From Rugosibacter sp. (lineage in GTDB: Bacteria > Pseudomonadota > Gammaproteobacteria > Burkholderiales > Rhodocyclaceae): 60,653 nucleotides of DNA. Within the stretch, counting starts at the first letter, position 1, and the number at the start of each line of letters is the position of its first letter. Made by a program: the position numbers and the translations under genes. The stretch is from NCBI GenBank assembly GCA_036569545.1, contig DATCQI010000003.1, positions 1 through 60,653 of the forward strand, in the 5' to 3' direction. Shown piece after piece: positions 50,007 through 59,661 of this stretch. Under the pieces are notes generated by a model. It worked only from the letters and a program-made list of their open reading frames with translations, ran no database searches and had not been told where the DNA came from.

Positions 50007-50456
50007 ATGAAAAATTATCGCTTGTTACTCGTTACAATCCCCGCCCTGATGCTGGCCGCTTGCGCCAGCCAATCAGGCTCCTCTTACTCGCGCGCGCAAA
50101 CCCGCAGCGAACAAACCGTGCGCCTGGGGGTCGTTGAGTCCGTACGCAACGTGACCATTGAAGGCACACAGTCTGGTGTTGGCGCTGCTGCTGGTGCAGT
50201 AGTCGGCGGTCTTGGCGGCAGCAATGTCGGTGGCGGCAAAGGCTCTTCGGTCGGTGCCGTACTCGGTGCAGTCATCGGTGGTGTGGCGGGCAATGCGATT
50301 GAAGGCAGTACGACAAAAAAAGCGGGGCTTGAAATCACCGTCAAGCTCGACAACGGGCAACTGACCGCCATAACACAAGATGCCGATGAGCAATTTCGTC
50401 CCGGCGAACGCGTACGCATACTCTCAGGTGGCGGCGCAACGCGCGTTACACACTGA
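50007..50456 (+). CDS. Glycine-zipper 2TM outer-membrane lipoprotein (SlyB/Pcp-like)
   Basis: Lipobox LAAC, Gly-zipper repeats, GLEITVKLD. Confidence 0.88.
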   Translation: MKNYRLLLVTIPALMLAACASQSGSSYSRAQTRSEQTVRLGVVESVRNVTIEGTQSGVGAAAGAVVGGLGGSNVGGGKGSSVGAVLGAVIGGVAGNAIEGSTTKKAGLEITVKLDNGQLTAITQDADEQFRPGERVRILSGGGATRVTH

Positions 50457-50504
50457 ACGTCTGAAGATAACAGCAAAATAATGGCGTTGCCATAGCAGTA
50501 ACGG

Positions 50505-51353
50505 ATGGCAACGTCGTTGACACAATCTGCCGGAAATCTGCGTGCGCTATTCCGCTTAAGTCGCACCGCGCTGCATCTGGCAGGCGGCATGCTGACTGTC
50601 GCGCTGATCTATCCATTCATCACACAAGGCACCCGCCTGGCACTCAAGCAACGCTGGTCGCGGCAGCTTCTCACGATGCTTGGCGTGAGTCAAAAAGTCG
50701 GGGCTGGTGATACGCCGCGAAGCAAGTACCCTTGGGGTGCGACAAATAAAGCAATAGCAGCCCACCCGACCGGCCTGTTGGTCGCCAACCACATTTCATT
50801 TCTCGATATTTTTGTCATCAACGCCTGGGCACCAGCCGCTTTTGTGGCCAAGGACGATGTACGCAACTGGCCTTTGCTCGGCTGGCTCAGCCACCACACA
50901 GACACAATCTTCATGCAGCGCGGCTCACGCCGTGCAGCGCACGCTGCGCGCGACCATCTCGTCGGCCAGTTACGTGCGGGGCAACTCATCGCGGTGTTTC
51001 CTGAAGGCACTACCAGCGATGGTCACACCGTGCAGCCGTTTCACGGCGCGTTATTCCAAAGCGCGATTGACGCAGGAGTACCCGTGATGCCAGTCGCCTT
51101 GCGCTATATCGACGCGCAAACCCAGCAGTCCAGCCATGCCGCCGATTTTGTCGGTGACATGACACTAGTCAGTTGCCTGTGGTCAATTGCCGCCAGCACG
51201 GGACTTATCGCGCAGATCGAACCCTTGCCAGCGCTCGCCCCCGATAGCCTTGATCGTCGCCACCTTGCAGCACGAGCGCATCACGCTGTCACGCACCGAC
51301 TGAAGCAAATGACATCAGAGCGGGAAACTGTAAAGCGGTCAATTCCGGCCTGA
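50505..51353 (+). CDS. Lysophospholipid acyltransferase (PlsC family)
   Basis: NHISFLD, FVAK..V..WP, FPEGT; carries a repeat-derived peptide. Confidence 0.88.
   Translation: MATSLTQSAGNLRALFRLSRTALHLAGGMLTVALIYPFITQGTRLALKQRWSRQLLTMLGVSQKVGAGDTPRSKYPWGATNKAIAAHPTGLLVANHISFLDIFVINAWAPAAFVAKDDVRNWPLLGWLSHHTDTIFMQRGSRRAAHAARDHLVGQLRAGQLIAVFPEGTTSDGHTVQPFHGALFQSAIDAGVPVMPVALRYIDAQTQQSSHAADFVGDMTLVSCLWSIAASTGLIAQIEPLPALAPDSLDRRHLAARAHHAVTHRLKQMTSERETVKRSIPA
50693..50740 (+). repeat. 23-bp motif copy 11 (21/23) followed by the hairpin-like element in reverse orientation
   Basis: AAAAGTCGGGGCTGGTGATACGC, then AGCAAGTACCCTTGGGGTGC (18/20 to the reverse complement of 31180-31199). Confidence 0.82.
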
Positions 51354-52175
51354 AGGCTTCACCTGCTGCGGACACGGCAGACAAAACACGCGCCGGTCGT
51401 CCAGCCGCACTGCTGTCAACGCGCCGCCCCACAGGCAGCCGGTGTCAATCGCCAGCAAGTCCGACTGTTCATGATAGCCCAGCGCCGACCAATGCCCGCA
51501 AACAATCAACTGACCGGCGCTCGCCCGCGCAGGCATTGCGAACCACGGCATGCATCCTGCCGGCCCTTCTGCCGGCGGAGATTTCGCGCCGCGAGCGCGC
51601 AACTCTATCGCCCCGTCAAGAGTCACGTAACGCATGCGCGTCATCGCATTCACTACCACGCGCAGCCTGTCCCAGCCGGTGAGATCATCCCGCCAGGCAG
51701 CCGGTTCCAAACCCCACATATGTGCCAGGAAATCGCGGTAGTCCGGCGCAGTCAGCGCAGCAGAAACTTCATCTGACAATGCTTTTGCTCGCACTACCGT
51801 CCACTCTGGCAATAGCCCGGCATGCACCATCGCCCAGGCGCCCTCCACATGAACCAGTGGTTGCGCACGCAACCAATCCAACAACTCATCACGATCCGGC
51901 GCAGCGAGTACCGCAGCGAGCGTATCTTCTTTATTCGTCCGCCCAAACCCTTCCGCCTGCATCACTAAATGCAGATCATGATTGCCCAGCACAACCGCCG
52001 CCGCCGCACCCAGCGACTTCACATAGCGCAGCACTTCCAGCGACTGCGGGCCGCGGTTAACGAGGTCGCCAACAAACCAGAGACGATCTCTGGTCGGGTC
52101 AAAATCAAGGGAGTCGATCAGTTGGCGCAGCGGATCAAAGCAGCCCTGGATATCGCCAATTGCGTAAGTGCCCAT
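51339..52175 (-). CDS. apaH: Symmetrical bis(5'-nucleosyl)-tetraphosphatase
   Basis: GDIQGC, GDLVNRGP, LGNHD, HAG, GHWSALG, DTGC.WG. Confidence 0.96.
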   Translation of the reverse strand: MGTYAIGDIQGCFDPLRQLIDSLDFDPTRDRLWFVGDLVNRGPQSLEVLRYVKSLGAAAAVVLGNHDLHLVMQAEGFGRTNKEDTLAAVLAAPDRDELLDWLRAQPLVHVEGAWAMVHAGLLPEWTVVRAKALSDEVSAALTAPDYRDFLAHMWGLEPAAWRDDLTGWDRLRVVVNAMTRMRYVTLDGAIELRARGAKSPPAEGPAGCMPWFAMPARASAGQLIVCGHWSALGYHEQSDLLAIDTGCLWGGALTAVRLDDRRVFCLPCPQQVKPSGRN

Positions 52176-52232
52176 AAGTCTATTAACGCCGGGATAAAGC
52201 GGCAGGATATCGCAGAAAAATGACAGCTTATC

Positions 52233-53015
52233 TTAAACTGGAGCCGCTGCCCGCAAAGAGATTTCACCAGAAAGAATGCGTTCGAGGTGACCATCAACTT
52301 CCAGCAGCAGCGCGCCATCTTTATCTACACCACGACAAATGCCGTGTCGCGGGGGCGAAAAATCCGATAGCAGCACAACAGGTGAATCCTGAAAGGCGTG
52401 ACGCGCCAGCCAATCCGTGCGCAATGCCGCGAAACCCGCGATCGCAAAATTTTCCAGCACGGTCAACAGCTCGTTCAGCAGTGTCGCCAGCAGTACATTG
52501 ATCTCGATAGGCTTACCCAAAGCAGCAGCTGTCGCCCGCACATCAGCCGGCAATGCCGCAGGCAAACGCCGATTGATACCGATACCAATAACGGCTACAT
52601 GAGGTGTGCCGGGTACGAGTTCTATCAGAATGCCGCCCAGCTTTTTACCCTGATACAGAATGTCATTAGGCCACTTGAGCGCCGTATCACCAACGCCGAC
52701 TTTTTCGAGCGCACATGCTACTGCCACCCCCACGGCCAACGAAAGGCCAATCGGCACACTGCCCGGCGCAAACCGCCAGAGCAGAGAAAAGGTAAGGCTG
52801 TCAGCCGGTGCACCAATCCACACGCGGCCACGCCGCCCACGCCCAGCAGTTTGTAGCGTTGCGGCCACCACGGTACCCGAGGCGGCACCCGCCTCGGCGC
52901 AACTCAGCAACACCGAATTGGTGGAATCGCATTGCGGCAGCAGGTCGACGTCAAAACGGCGCGACGCCGGGCCTAGTGCAGTGGTCAGACGCGTTGCATC
53001 AAGCGCTGAAGTCAT
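52233..53015 (-). CDS. birA: Biotin-[acetyl-CoA carboxylase] ligase (no N-terminal HTH)
   Basis: STN, QTAGRGRRGR.W, KWPND, KLGGIL, GIGIN. Confidence 0.93.
   Translation of the reverse strand: MTSALDATRLTTALGPASRRFDVDLLPQCDSTNSVLLSCAEAGAASGTVVAATLQTAGRGRRGRVWIGAPADSLTFSLLWRFAPGSVPIGLSLAVGVAVACALEKVGVGDTALKWPNDILYQGKKLGGILIELVPGTPHVAVIGIGINRRLPAALPADVRATAAALGKPIEINVLLATLLNELLTVLENFAIAGFAALRTDWLARHAFQDSPVVLLSDFSPPRHGICRGVDKDGALLLEVDGHLERILSGEISLRAAAPV
52682..52704 (-). repeat. Dispersed 23-bp motif, copy 12 (22/23)
   Basis: CCGTATCACCAACGCCGACTTTT inside birA (peptide KVGVGDT just before LKWPND). Confidence 0.88.
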
Positions 53016-53051
53016 TGCGAAAAAAGCCACTAAAAAACGAATGTGTCACGA

Positions 53052-54482
53052 CTACCCCTTTACCGGCACATCGTCCAGGCCCAGCTCCTGAATCTTGCGC
53101 GTGATGGTGTTGCGACCCAGGCCGAGCAACTGGGCGGCCTCGATACGACGGCCATTGGTTGCCACTAGCGCACGGCGAATCAAGGTTGATTCGAATTGGC
53201 GCGTGAGCTGTTCGGCCACTTGTCCCGGCACACTAGCCAATAACTGGTCAGCCTCACGCGCCAAGGCAGACAACCAGTCGACGCTGGCGACACGGCGCGC
53301 GGGGTCTTTGGCGGCATCACGCCCCGCATCACGTAACTCCGCTGGCAAATCCGCCACATCAATGCTTTGCCCAGGTGCCATAACCGTCAGCCAATGACAA
53401 AGATTCTCCAGTTGTCGCACATTGCCGGGAAATTCGAGCCCTTGCAAATACTTTTGTGCAGCATCGGAAAGTCGTTTTGGCTCCCCGCCAAGCTCTTGTG
53501 CACTCTTTTGCAGAAAATGGCGCGCCAGAATCGGAATATCGTCACTGCGCTCGCGCAAAGGCGGCAGCCGCAAGCGAATCACATTCAAACGATGAAACAG
53601 GTCTTCGCGAAACAAGCCATCTCTCACACGCGCCTCTAAATCCTGATGTGTTGCTGCGATCACGCGTACATTCGCCTTCACAGGCTGATGACCACCAACG
53701 CGATAAAAACTGCCATCCGAGAGAACGCGCAATAATCGGGTTTGTAATTCAGCCGGCATATCGCCAATTTCATCCAGAAACAGGGTGCCATTCTCGGCTT
53801 GCTCAAACCGCCCGCGACGCTGTGTCGTAGCTCCCGTAAAAGCCCCCTTTTCGTGGCCGAAGAGTTCGGATTCCAGCAAGTCCTTTGGAATCGCTGCTGT
53901 ATTGATAGCAATAAACGGTGCATTTTTGCGCGGACTATGGCGGTGAAGCGCTTGCGCCACGAGTTCTTTTCCCGTGCCTGATTCACCATTGATCAATACG
54001 GTCGCGAGTGACTGTGAAAGCCTGCCAATCGCGCGAAAGACTTCCTGCATGGCCGCGCCTTGCCCCAGAATTTCGGGCATGACCCCTGTGTCTTCGGTCG
54101 CTCCACCGTGCTGTACTGATTCGGCCAGCGCTCGCCGCACCAAGGCCACTGCCTGATCGACATCAAAAGGTTTGGGCAGATACTCGAAGGCGCCACCCTG
54201 AAATGCAGCTACAGCAGAATCAAGATCAGAATAGGCTGTCATGATGATGACCGGCAAATTGGGATAATGAATTTTTACCTGGCGCAGCAAATCCAGTCCA
54301 TCTGTACCTGGCATGCGAATATCGGAAATCAAAGCGGCAGGTGGTTGCGCATCAGCCAGGGCACGCAGCGCTTCATCAGCTGCTGCAAAACTTTTAACTG
54401 GAATATTTTCGCGGCCGAGCGCCTTTTCCAGTACCCAGCGGATTGAGCGATCGTCATCAATAATCCAGACGGGGTTGGTCAT
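53052..54482 (-). CDS. ntrC: Nitrogen regulation protein NR(I)
   Basis: Receiver domain (DDD, D.RMPG), GESGTGKE, GAFTGA, C-terminal HTH LG.GRNTITRK. Confidence 0.97.
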   Translation of the reverse strand: MTNPVWIIDDDRSIRWVLEKALGRENIPVKSFAAADEALRALADAQPPAALISDIRMPGTDGLDLLRQVKIHYPNLPVIIMTAYSDLDSAVAAFQGGAFEYLPKPFDVDQAVALVRRALAESVQHGGATEDTGVMPEILGQGAAMQEVFRAIGRLSQSLATVLINGESGTGKELVAQALHRHSPRKNAPFIAINTAAIPKDLLESELFGHEKGAFTGATTQRRGRFEQAENGTLFLDEIGDMPAELQTRLLRVLSDGSFYRVGGHQPVKANVRVIAATHQDLEARVRDGLFREDLFHRLNVIRLRLPPLRERSDDIPILARHFLQKSAQELGGEPKRLSDAAQKYLQGLEFPGNVRQLENLCHWLTVMAPGQSIDVADLPAELRDAGRDAAKDPARRVASVDWLSALAREADQLLASVPGQVAEQLTRQFESTLIRRALVATNGRRIEAAQLLGLGRNTITRKIQELGLDDVPVKG

Positions 54483-55564
54483 GATATTTTTTCCTTGATA
54501 TGGTCTTGTATCGTGGGCCGCAAAGATAACGGCAGCATCAGCGTGAAGCAGGTATGCCCAGGCCGAGATGTGACCTCAATCGTTCCACCGTGCTGCTGAA
54601 CAAAGCTTTGAGCAATCGTCAGGCCTAACCCGCTACCATTCTCCCGGCCTGAAACCAGCGGATAAAAAATCCTGTCCTGCAACTGGGTTGGGATACCAGG
54701 GCCATTATCAATAACCCGCACTTCCAGCGCCAGTTGATAATGCTTTTTTGCCAAAATAACCTGGCGTGCGGCGCGCGTAGAAAAGATGATTTCGCCCTTA
54801 TCATGCATCGCCTGTGCTGCATTACGCGCAATATTAAGTACCGCCTGGATCAACTGCTCACGATCTCCGGTGAGGTCAGGTAGCGAGGTATCGTAATCAC
54901 GCTGGACATGCACGTCAGGATATTCGGCATGGATTAGTCGCCGCACACGCTCGAGAATCTCATGGACGTTCACCAGTGTGGGCTGCATCACACGGTGCGA
55001 AGACAACAAGCGCTGCATCAAATCCTGCAGCCGATCAACTTCTTCAATAATCACCTGCGTATATTCTTTTAGCTGATCATTGCCCAACTCACGCTCAAGC
55101 AATTGTGCTGAACCACGAATACCGCCCAATGGGTTTTTAATCTCATGCGCGAGATTCCTCACCAGCTCACGATTTGCCTGTTGCTGCTGGGCCAGCTGCT
55201 CTTCGCGCGTAGCTTTCAGTTGTTGATCAATCGGCCGTACCTCGAGCAGCAATTGCACACCATCCATCATGACAGGCGTCACCGTGCAATCAACATGCAA
55301 GGTTTCAGATGACAAGGTAATCGGAATGTTATGACTGGTGTAGCTCCACTGATTAGTCAGAGCGCTACTCAATGCAGCGACAAGCCCTGCAGGCTCACCC
55401 AAAAACTTTTTCAGGGGTTGGCCCACCAGTAATCGCGCACTCACGGCAAACAGATTTTCTGCCGATGGGTTGGCATAGCGAATCACCTGGTTTTCATCAA
55501 CTAACACGACAGCTGAAGACAGCAAATCGAGACCGCCAACGGCAATGGGGAAAAGCAAATCCAT
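54479..55564 (-). CDS. ntrB: Nitrogen regulation histidine kinase NR(II)
   Basis: PAS domain, LAHEIKNPLGGIRG.AQLL, DNGPGI, GSGLGL. Confidence 0.96.
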   Translation of the reverse strand: MDLLFPIAVGGLDLLSSAVVLVDENQVIRYANPSAENLFAVSARLLVGQPLKKFLGEPAGLVAALSSALTNQWSYTSHNIPITLSSETLHVDCTVTPVMMDGVQLLLEVRPIDQQLKATREEQLAQQQQANRELVRNLAHEIKNPLGGIRGSAQLLERELGNDQLKEYTQVIIEEVDRLQDLMQRLLSSHRVMQPTLVNVHEILERVRRLIHAEYPDVHVQRDYDTSLPDLTGDREQLIQAVLNIARNAAQAMHDKGEIIFSTRAARQVILAKKHYQLALEVRVIDNGPGIPTQLQDRIFYPLVSGRENGSGLGLTIAQSFVQQHGGTIEVTSRPGHTCFTLMLPLSLRPTIQDHIKEKIS

Positions 55565-55628
55565 CGTTTTTAAAAGAGTAATACAGTGTCGGCTTTTAGT
55601 TGCAAGAATTAATACTCAAGCAAAGGTG

Positions 55629-55645
55629 AGCAAGAAATGCACCAG
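55629..55645 (-). promoter_or_regulatory. Candidate sigma54 promoter and NtrC half-site upstream of ntrB
   Basis: Minus strand CTGGTGCATTTCTTGCT: GG-N10-GC spacing; contains TGGTGCA. Confidence 0.55.
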
Positions 55646-55683
55646 ACCGCTACTCCAGAAAAAATAAGTAGTAATCAAGCAGA

Positions 55684-56223
55684 TTAGCGCAAGTTAGCAA
55701 TTTCTTTTTGAAGCGCTTTGATATTACGTTCATGTAATGCAGCCATATCACGCTGCGCCTGGGCATTTGGTGAAACGCCTGTAGCAGCAACAAGTTTCTG
55801 CGCTTTAGCTAAATTCTCAAGCTCACTGTTCAACTCTTTTTCCAGAATAGTGCGTCGATCATCATCACGCGCGCGCTGCTCATTCCCCGAGACACGCGGG
55901 AAATCCCCTGGTGTAGGCGTAGCGGAGGCGCGGAGGCTACGGTCATGGCCGCCTCGTGAAGACGCAGAACTGGGTGGCTCACGTTGCTCAGAGAGCACTA
56001 CACAAGTAGTCTTGCCGCCTTGTTGCCGTGTGTTCGTAAACAGAATCTTGCCAGAAGCATCTGTACATTTATAAAACGTGCCTGCATGCACTGCCAATGG
56101 GGCCAGAACTACAGACAGAACAGCGCCACCGAGAAAAAAATACAGCGGGCGGCTTAATAAAAAAGCCGGGGTAGTCTGGCTAAATAATCCGGCAACTGCG
56201 CGGGATAAATAGATTTTCTTCAT
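55684..56223 (-). CDS. DUF4124-domain exported protein
   Basis: YKC.D.SG...FTN, FPRV...Q..RD..RR.ILE.EL; start uncertain. Confidence 0.8.
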   Translation of the reverse strand: MKKIYLSRAVAGLFSQTTPAFLLSRPLYFFLGGAVLSVVLAPLAVHAGTFYKCTDASGKILFTNTRQQGGKTTCVVLSEQREPPSSASSRGGHDRSLRASATPTPGDFPRVSGNEQRARDDDRRTILEKELNSELENLAKAQKLVAATGVSPNAQAQRDMAALHERNIKALQKEIANLR

Positions 56224-56253
56224 AGGCTTAAGTGTATGCGATGTTTGGCGATA

Positions 56254-56283
56254 AAAAAAGGACGGGCATGCCCGTCCTTTTTT
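56254..56283 (-). terminator. Intrinsic terminator of glnA
   Basis: Perfect 30-bp palindrome AAAAAAGGACGGGCATGCCCGTCCTTTTTT. Confidence 0.9.
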
Positions 56284-56306
56284 CTACACACCCAGCAAAG
56301 AACCCA

Positions 56307-57716
56307 TCAAATCGAGTAGTACATGTCGAATTCGATTGGATGCGTGGTCATGCGGAAGCGTTGCACTTCTTCCATTTTCAAGGCAATGTAGGCATCGATC
56401 ATCTCGTTGCTAAATACACCACCACGGGTCAGGAACTCGCGATCCTTATCCAGATATTCCAATGCCTGCTCAAGACTCGAGCAAACGGTCGGGATCTTTG
56501 CATCTTCTTCTGGTGGCAAGTCATACAGATTCTTGTCAGCCGGGTCACCCGGATGAATCTTGTTCTGCACGCCATCCAAACCCGCCATCATCAGCGCAGT
56601 AAAGCACAGGTAGGGATTTGCACCCGGATCAGGAAAGCGGGTTTCGATACGGCGGGCTTTATCAGACTGCACATAAGGAATACGGATCGAGGCAGAGCGG
56701 TTGCGCGAAGAATAAGCCAGTTTCACCGGGGCTTCGTAGCCCGGCACCAAACGCTTATAGGAATTAGTCAGCGGGTTGGTAATCGCGTTCAATGCACGAG
56801 CATGCTTGATGATGCCGCCGATGTAGTACAGCGCAAAGTCAGACAAACCAGCATAGCCGTTGCCTGCGAACAGGTTCTTGCCATCTTTCCAGATCGATTG
56901 ATGCACGTGCATGCCAGAACCGTTATCGCCAACGATAGGCTTGGGCATGAAGGTTGCTGTCTTGCCATAGCTGTGCGCAACGTTATGCACGATGTATTTC
57001 AAAATCTGCGTTTGATCTGCACGCTTGACCAAGGTGTTGAATACCGTGCCGATTTCGCACTGGCCGGCAGTAGCCACCTCGTGATGATGAACTTCTACCG
57101 GCACGCCGCAGGCTTCCAGCGCGATACACATTTGCGCACGGATGTCGTTCAGGCTATCGACTGGCGGCACAGGGAAATAACCACCCTTCACAGCAGGACG
57201 ATGGCCGGTGTTGCCACCTTCAAATTTCTCGGAGGTAGCCCAGGCAGCCTCTTCGGAAAATATCTTGCAGTAGGAGCCAGACATGTCCACTTTCCACTCA
57301 ACCGAGTCGAAAATGAAAAATTCGGGTTCAGGACCAAAGTAGGCGGTATCGCCAATGCCGGAGGATTTCAGATAAGCCTCGCCACGCTTGGCGATGGAGC
57401 GCGGATCGCGATCGTAACCCTTGCCATCGGCGGGCTCAACCACGTCACAGGTCAGTACCAGCGTGGTTTCGTCCATAAAAGGGTCGATATAGGCCGAGCC
57501 GGCATCTGGCATCAAGATCATGTCAGAAGCCTGAATACCCTTCCAGCCCGCAACGGACGAACCATCAAACGCATGACCATCTTCAAACTTGTCCATGCCA
57601 AAGGCTGAAACAGGCACGCCGACGTGCTGCTCTTTGCCGCGCGTATCGGTGAAACGAAAATCGACAAAACGAACTTCTTTTTCTTCAACTAGCTTAAGTA
57701 CGTCCTTGGGGCTCAT
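56307..57716 (-). CDS. glnA: Glutamine synthetase type I
   Basis: [30 protein letters not shown] adenylylation site; GGAG RBS. Confidence 0.98.
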   Translation of the reverse strand: MSPKDVLKLVEEKEVRFVDFRFTDTRGKEQHVGVPVSAFGMDKFEDGHAFDGSSVAGWKGIQASDMILMPDAGSAYIDPFMDETTLVLTCDVVEPADGKGYDRDPRSIAKRGEAYLKSSGIGDTAYFGPEPEFFIFDSVEWKVDMSGSYCKIFSEEAAWATSEKFEGGNTGHRPAVKGGYFPVPPVDSLNDIRAQMCIALEACGVPVEVHHHEVATAGQCEIGTVFNTLVKRADQTQILKYIVHNVAHSYGKTATFMPKPIVGDNGSGMHVHQSIWKDGKNLFAGNGYAGLSDFALYYIGGIIKHARALNAITNPLTNSYKRLVPGYEAPVKLAYSSRNRSASIRIPYVQSDKARRIETRFPDPGANPYLCFTALMMAGLDGVQNKIHPGDPADKNLYDLPPEEDAKIPTVCSSLEQALEYLDKDREFLTRGGVFSNEMIDAYIALKMEEVQRFRMTTHPIEFDMYYSI

Positions 57717-57789
57717 GACTTGCTCTCCTAAAAATGACACAAAAAAATTACAAAAAAATTAAAACCATGCGTACGGGTATAGGCCCTAG

Positions 57790-57806
57790 AGCAGTAATTA
57801 TGCCAA
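57790..57806 (-). promoter_or_regulatory. Sigma54 promoter of glnA
   Basis: Minus strand TTGGCATAATTACTGCT with GG-N10-GC spacing. Confidence 0.78.
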
Positions 57807-57876
57807 CCCCGAAAATACTGGAATGAATTGTGCCATAAGTCCGCACCAAGACTCCAGCGAAAATCCTGCCTATCGC

Positions 57877-57925
57877 CGCACACTATTTGTGCATGATGCA
57901 CACCATAACGAACCATTATGGTGCA
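57877..57925. promoter_or_regulatory. Tandem NtrC enhancer sites
   Basis: CGCACACTATTTGTGCA (57877-57893) and CGAACCATTATGGTGCA (57909-57925); centres 32 bp apart. Confidence 0.75.
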
Positions 57926-59097
57926 ACTCGTTGATTGACTCGTACTTTGGAAAACAACGGATCTTCTGGTAATGCGTTTGCCAATCGACGCTTTATGTCA
58001 TCCAGTTCTACGCCTGCATCGCTCAAATAACTGGCTGAGAGTACAACTTCGGCTTCAGCCCGGTTCCCCAGATAATGTAATACGGTTCGATTAAAGTGGG
58101 GTGGCTCGCATCCGAGCAAATCACGTAGATGCGCCAACAGCATCGGCCGCGCGGGAAGCTTCAGTGAAGCATTGCCGGACATATCATTCTCCGCATCGAC
58201 ATGCACTAGCACATCCAGTACTTCGGCATGCTTTTCAAGCACTCTGTTACGGGCTGTCTCAGCAATCCAGTGGCCTTCTGACACACTGATATGCGGATCA
58301 ACCTGCACGTGGGCATCCACCAGCACTTGGTGTGCCATGTGTCGCGTGCGCAATTCGTGTAAACCAAGCACGCCGGGGGTGGACACAACCGTTTGCCGAA
58401 TGGCGGCGACCTCTTCGGCTGATAGCCCCGTATCAATAAGCTCGCTTAAGGCTTCCCATGCAAAACGAAATCCGGCGCGCACAATCATGGCACCAACAAC
58501 AATCGCTGCTGCGCCATCCGCAAAATTAAAGCCCAGCAATGCGCCCCCAATACCGGCTGCCACCACTAACGAAGAAAGCGCATCGGCGCGTGCATGCCAG
58601 GCATTGGCGACCAGCATGGGTGAACGTAAGCGCTCGGCTGTACCCAACATATAGCGGAAAAGACCTTCTTTGGCCACCAGCGTAAACAGCGCCGCCCACA
58701 TGGCCGCCACGCCCACTGGAGGCAAGTGGCCCAAATTCGACAAGCGCCCGGCCGCTGAAATCAGAATACCGACACCCGTACCCACCAATAGCAATCCCAG
58801 CACTAAAGAAGCTGCGGTTTCATAACGGCCATGGCCATAAGGGTGCGCATCATCAGCGGCTTCTGCACCTTTGCGATTCGCATACAGAACAAATCCATCT
58901 GAAATAATGTCTGCAAATGTATGCATTGCATCCGCCATTAAACTTTGCGAATGGGCGAAAAATCCGACAATCATCTGCATCACAGTGAGCACTAAATTCA
59001 CGCCGACACTTACCCAGGTAATGCGCTGTCCCTCAGCAAAACGCTGGCTGGCGTCTGGGGCGTGGCGGTGCAAGGGGTCGTGGGTTCCGCGTAACAT
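57916..59097 (-). CDS. Cation diffusion facilitator family transporter
   Basis: ADAMHTFAD, HPYGHGRYE, NAWHARAD; cytoplasmic dimerisation domain plus a C-terminal extension. Confidence 0.92.
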   Translation of the reverse strand: MLRGTHDPLHRHAPDASQRFAEGQRITWVSVGVNLVLTVMQMIVGFFAHSQSLMADAMHTFADIISDGFVLYANRKGAEAADDAHPYGHGRYETAASLVLGLLLVGTGVGILISAAGRLSNLGHLPPVGVAAMWAALFTLVAKEGLFRYMLGTAERLRSPMLVANAWHARADALSSLVVAAGIGGALLGFNFADGAAAIVVGAMIVRAGFRFAWEALSELIDTGLSAEEVAAIRQTVVSTPGVLGLHELRTRHMAHQVLVDAHVQVDPHISVSEGHWIAETARNRVLEKHAEVLDVLVHVDAENDMSGNASLKLPARPMLLAHLRDLLGCEPPHFNRTVLHYLGNRAEAEVVLSASYLSDAGVELDDIKRRLANALPEDPLFSKVRVNQRVAP

Positions 59098-59198
59098 GGT
59101 CGAAAGTGTATGAAGGCTGCCTGTGGAAGGTGTGTGAAAAGTGTGATGAGTGGAAAGCTATACTATTAATATCTCTATTCTAACTGGGGCTTCTTATC

Positions 59199-59651
59199 AT
59201 GGGACGTCTGAATGAAATTCTCACTTTAGCGCAGGCACGGGCCGCTGATCTTCAGTTGCCCTACGCCGGGGCGCTAACACCGCAGGAGGCAAACGAAGTT
59301 CGCCAACTTGCGCCCAATGCGGCCATTGTTGATGTGCGCACCCGTGCTGAACGCGATTGGGTGGGGCGTGTGCCGGATGCCATCGAAATCGAATGGTTAA
59401 CCTATCCTGACATGCAACCCAACCCACATTTTATGCAAACGCTAAAACACGCCGTCACGGCTGAGTCTTTGCTGTTATTTTTGTGCCGTTCGGGCGCACG
59501 TTCCAGCGCGGCGGCCAAAGCGGCTTCTGCCGCAGGCTATCCCTCTTGCTACAACATACTCGAAGGTTTTGAAGGCGATAAAGACGCCAACGGCCAGCGC
59601 AACCAAACCGACGGTTGGCGCCACGCGGGCTTGCCCTGGATTCAAAGCTGA
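59199..59651 (+). CDS. Rhodanese-like protein
   Basis: VDVRT.AE..WVG, LCRSGARS, GFEG, GWR.AGLPW. Confidence 0.9.
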   Translation: MGRLNEILTLAQARAADLQLPYAGALTPQEANEVRQLAPNAAIVDVRTRAERDWVGRVPDAIEIEWLTYPDMQPNPHFMQTLKHAVTAESLLLFLCRSGARSSAAAKAASAAGYPSCYNILEGFEGDKDANGQRNQTDGWRHAGLPWIQS

Positions 59652-59661
59652 GTTCATTGCC

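Noticed and set aside
52233-53015. BirA lacking the DNA-binding HTH as a possible pseudogene
   Set aside because: Monofunctional (group I) biotin ligases are common and all catalytic motifs are intact.
56232-57608. 458-aa ORF antisense to glnA (likewise 15424-16323 opposite ychF and 4365-5057 opposite mshE)
   Set aside because: Shadow ORFs produced by codon bias on the opposite strand of conserved genes; no recognisable motifs.
57916-59097. Magnetosome MamB/MamM assignment for the CDF transporter
   Set aside because: Only generic CDF motifs are present and there are no other mam genes nearby.
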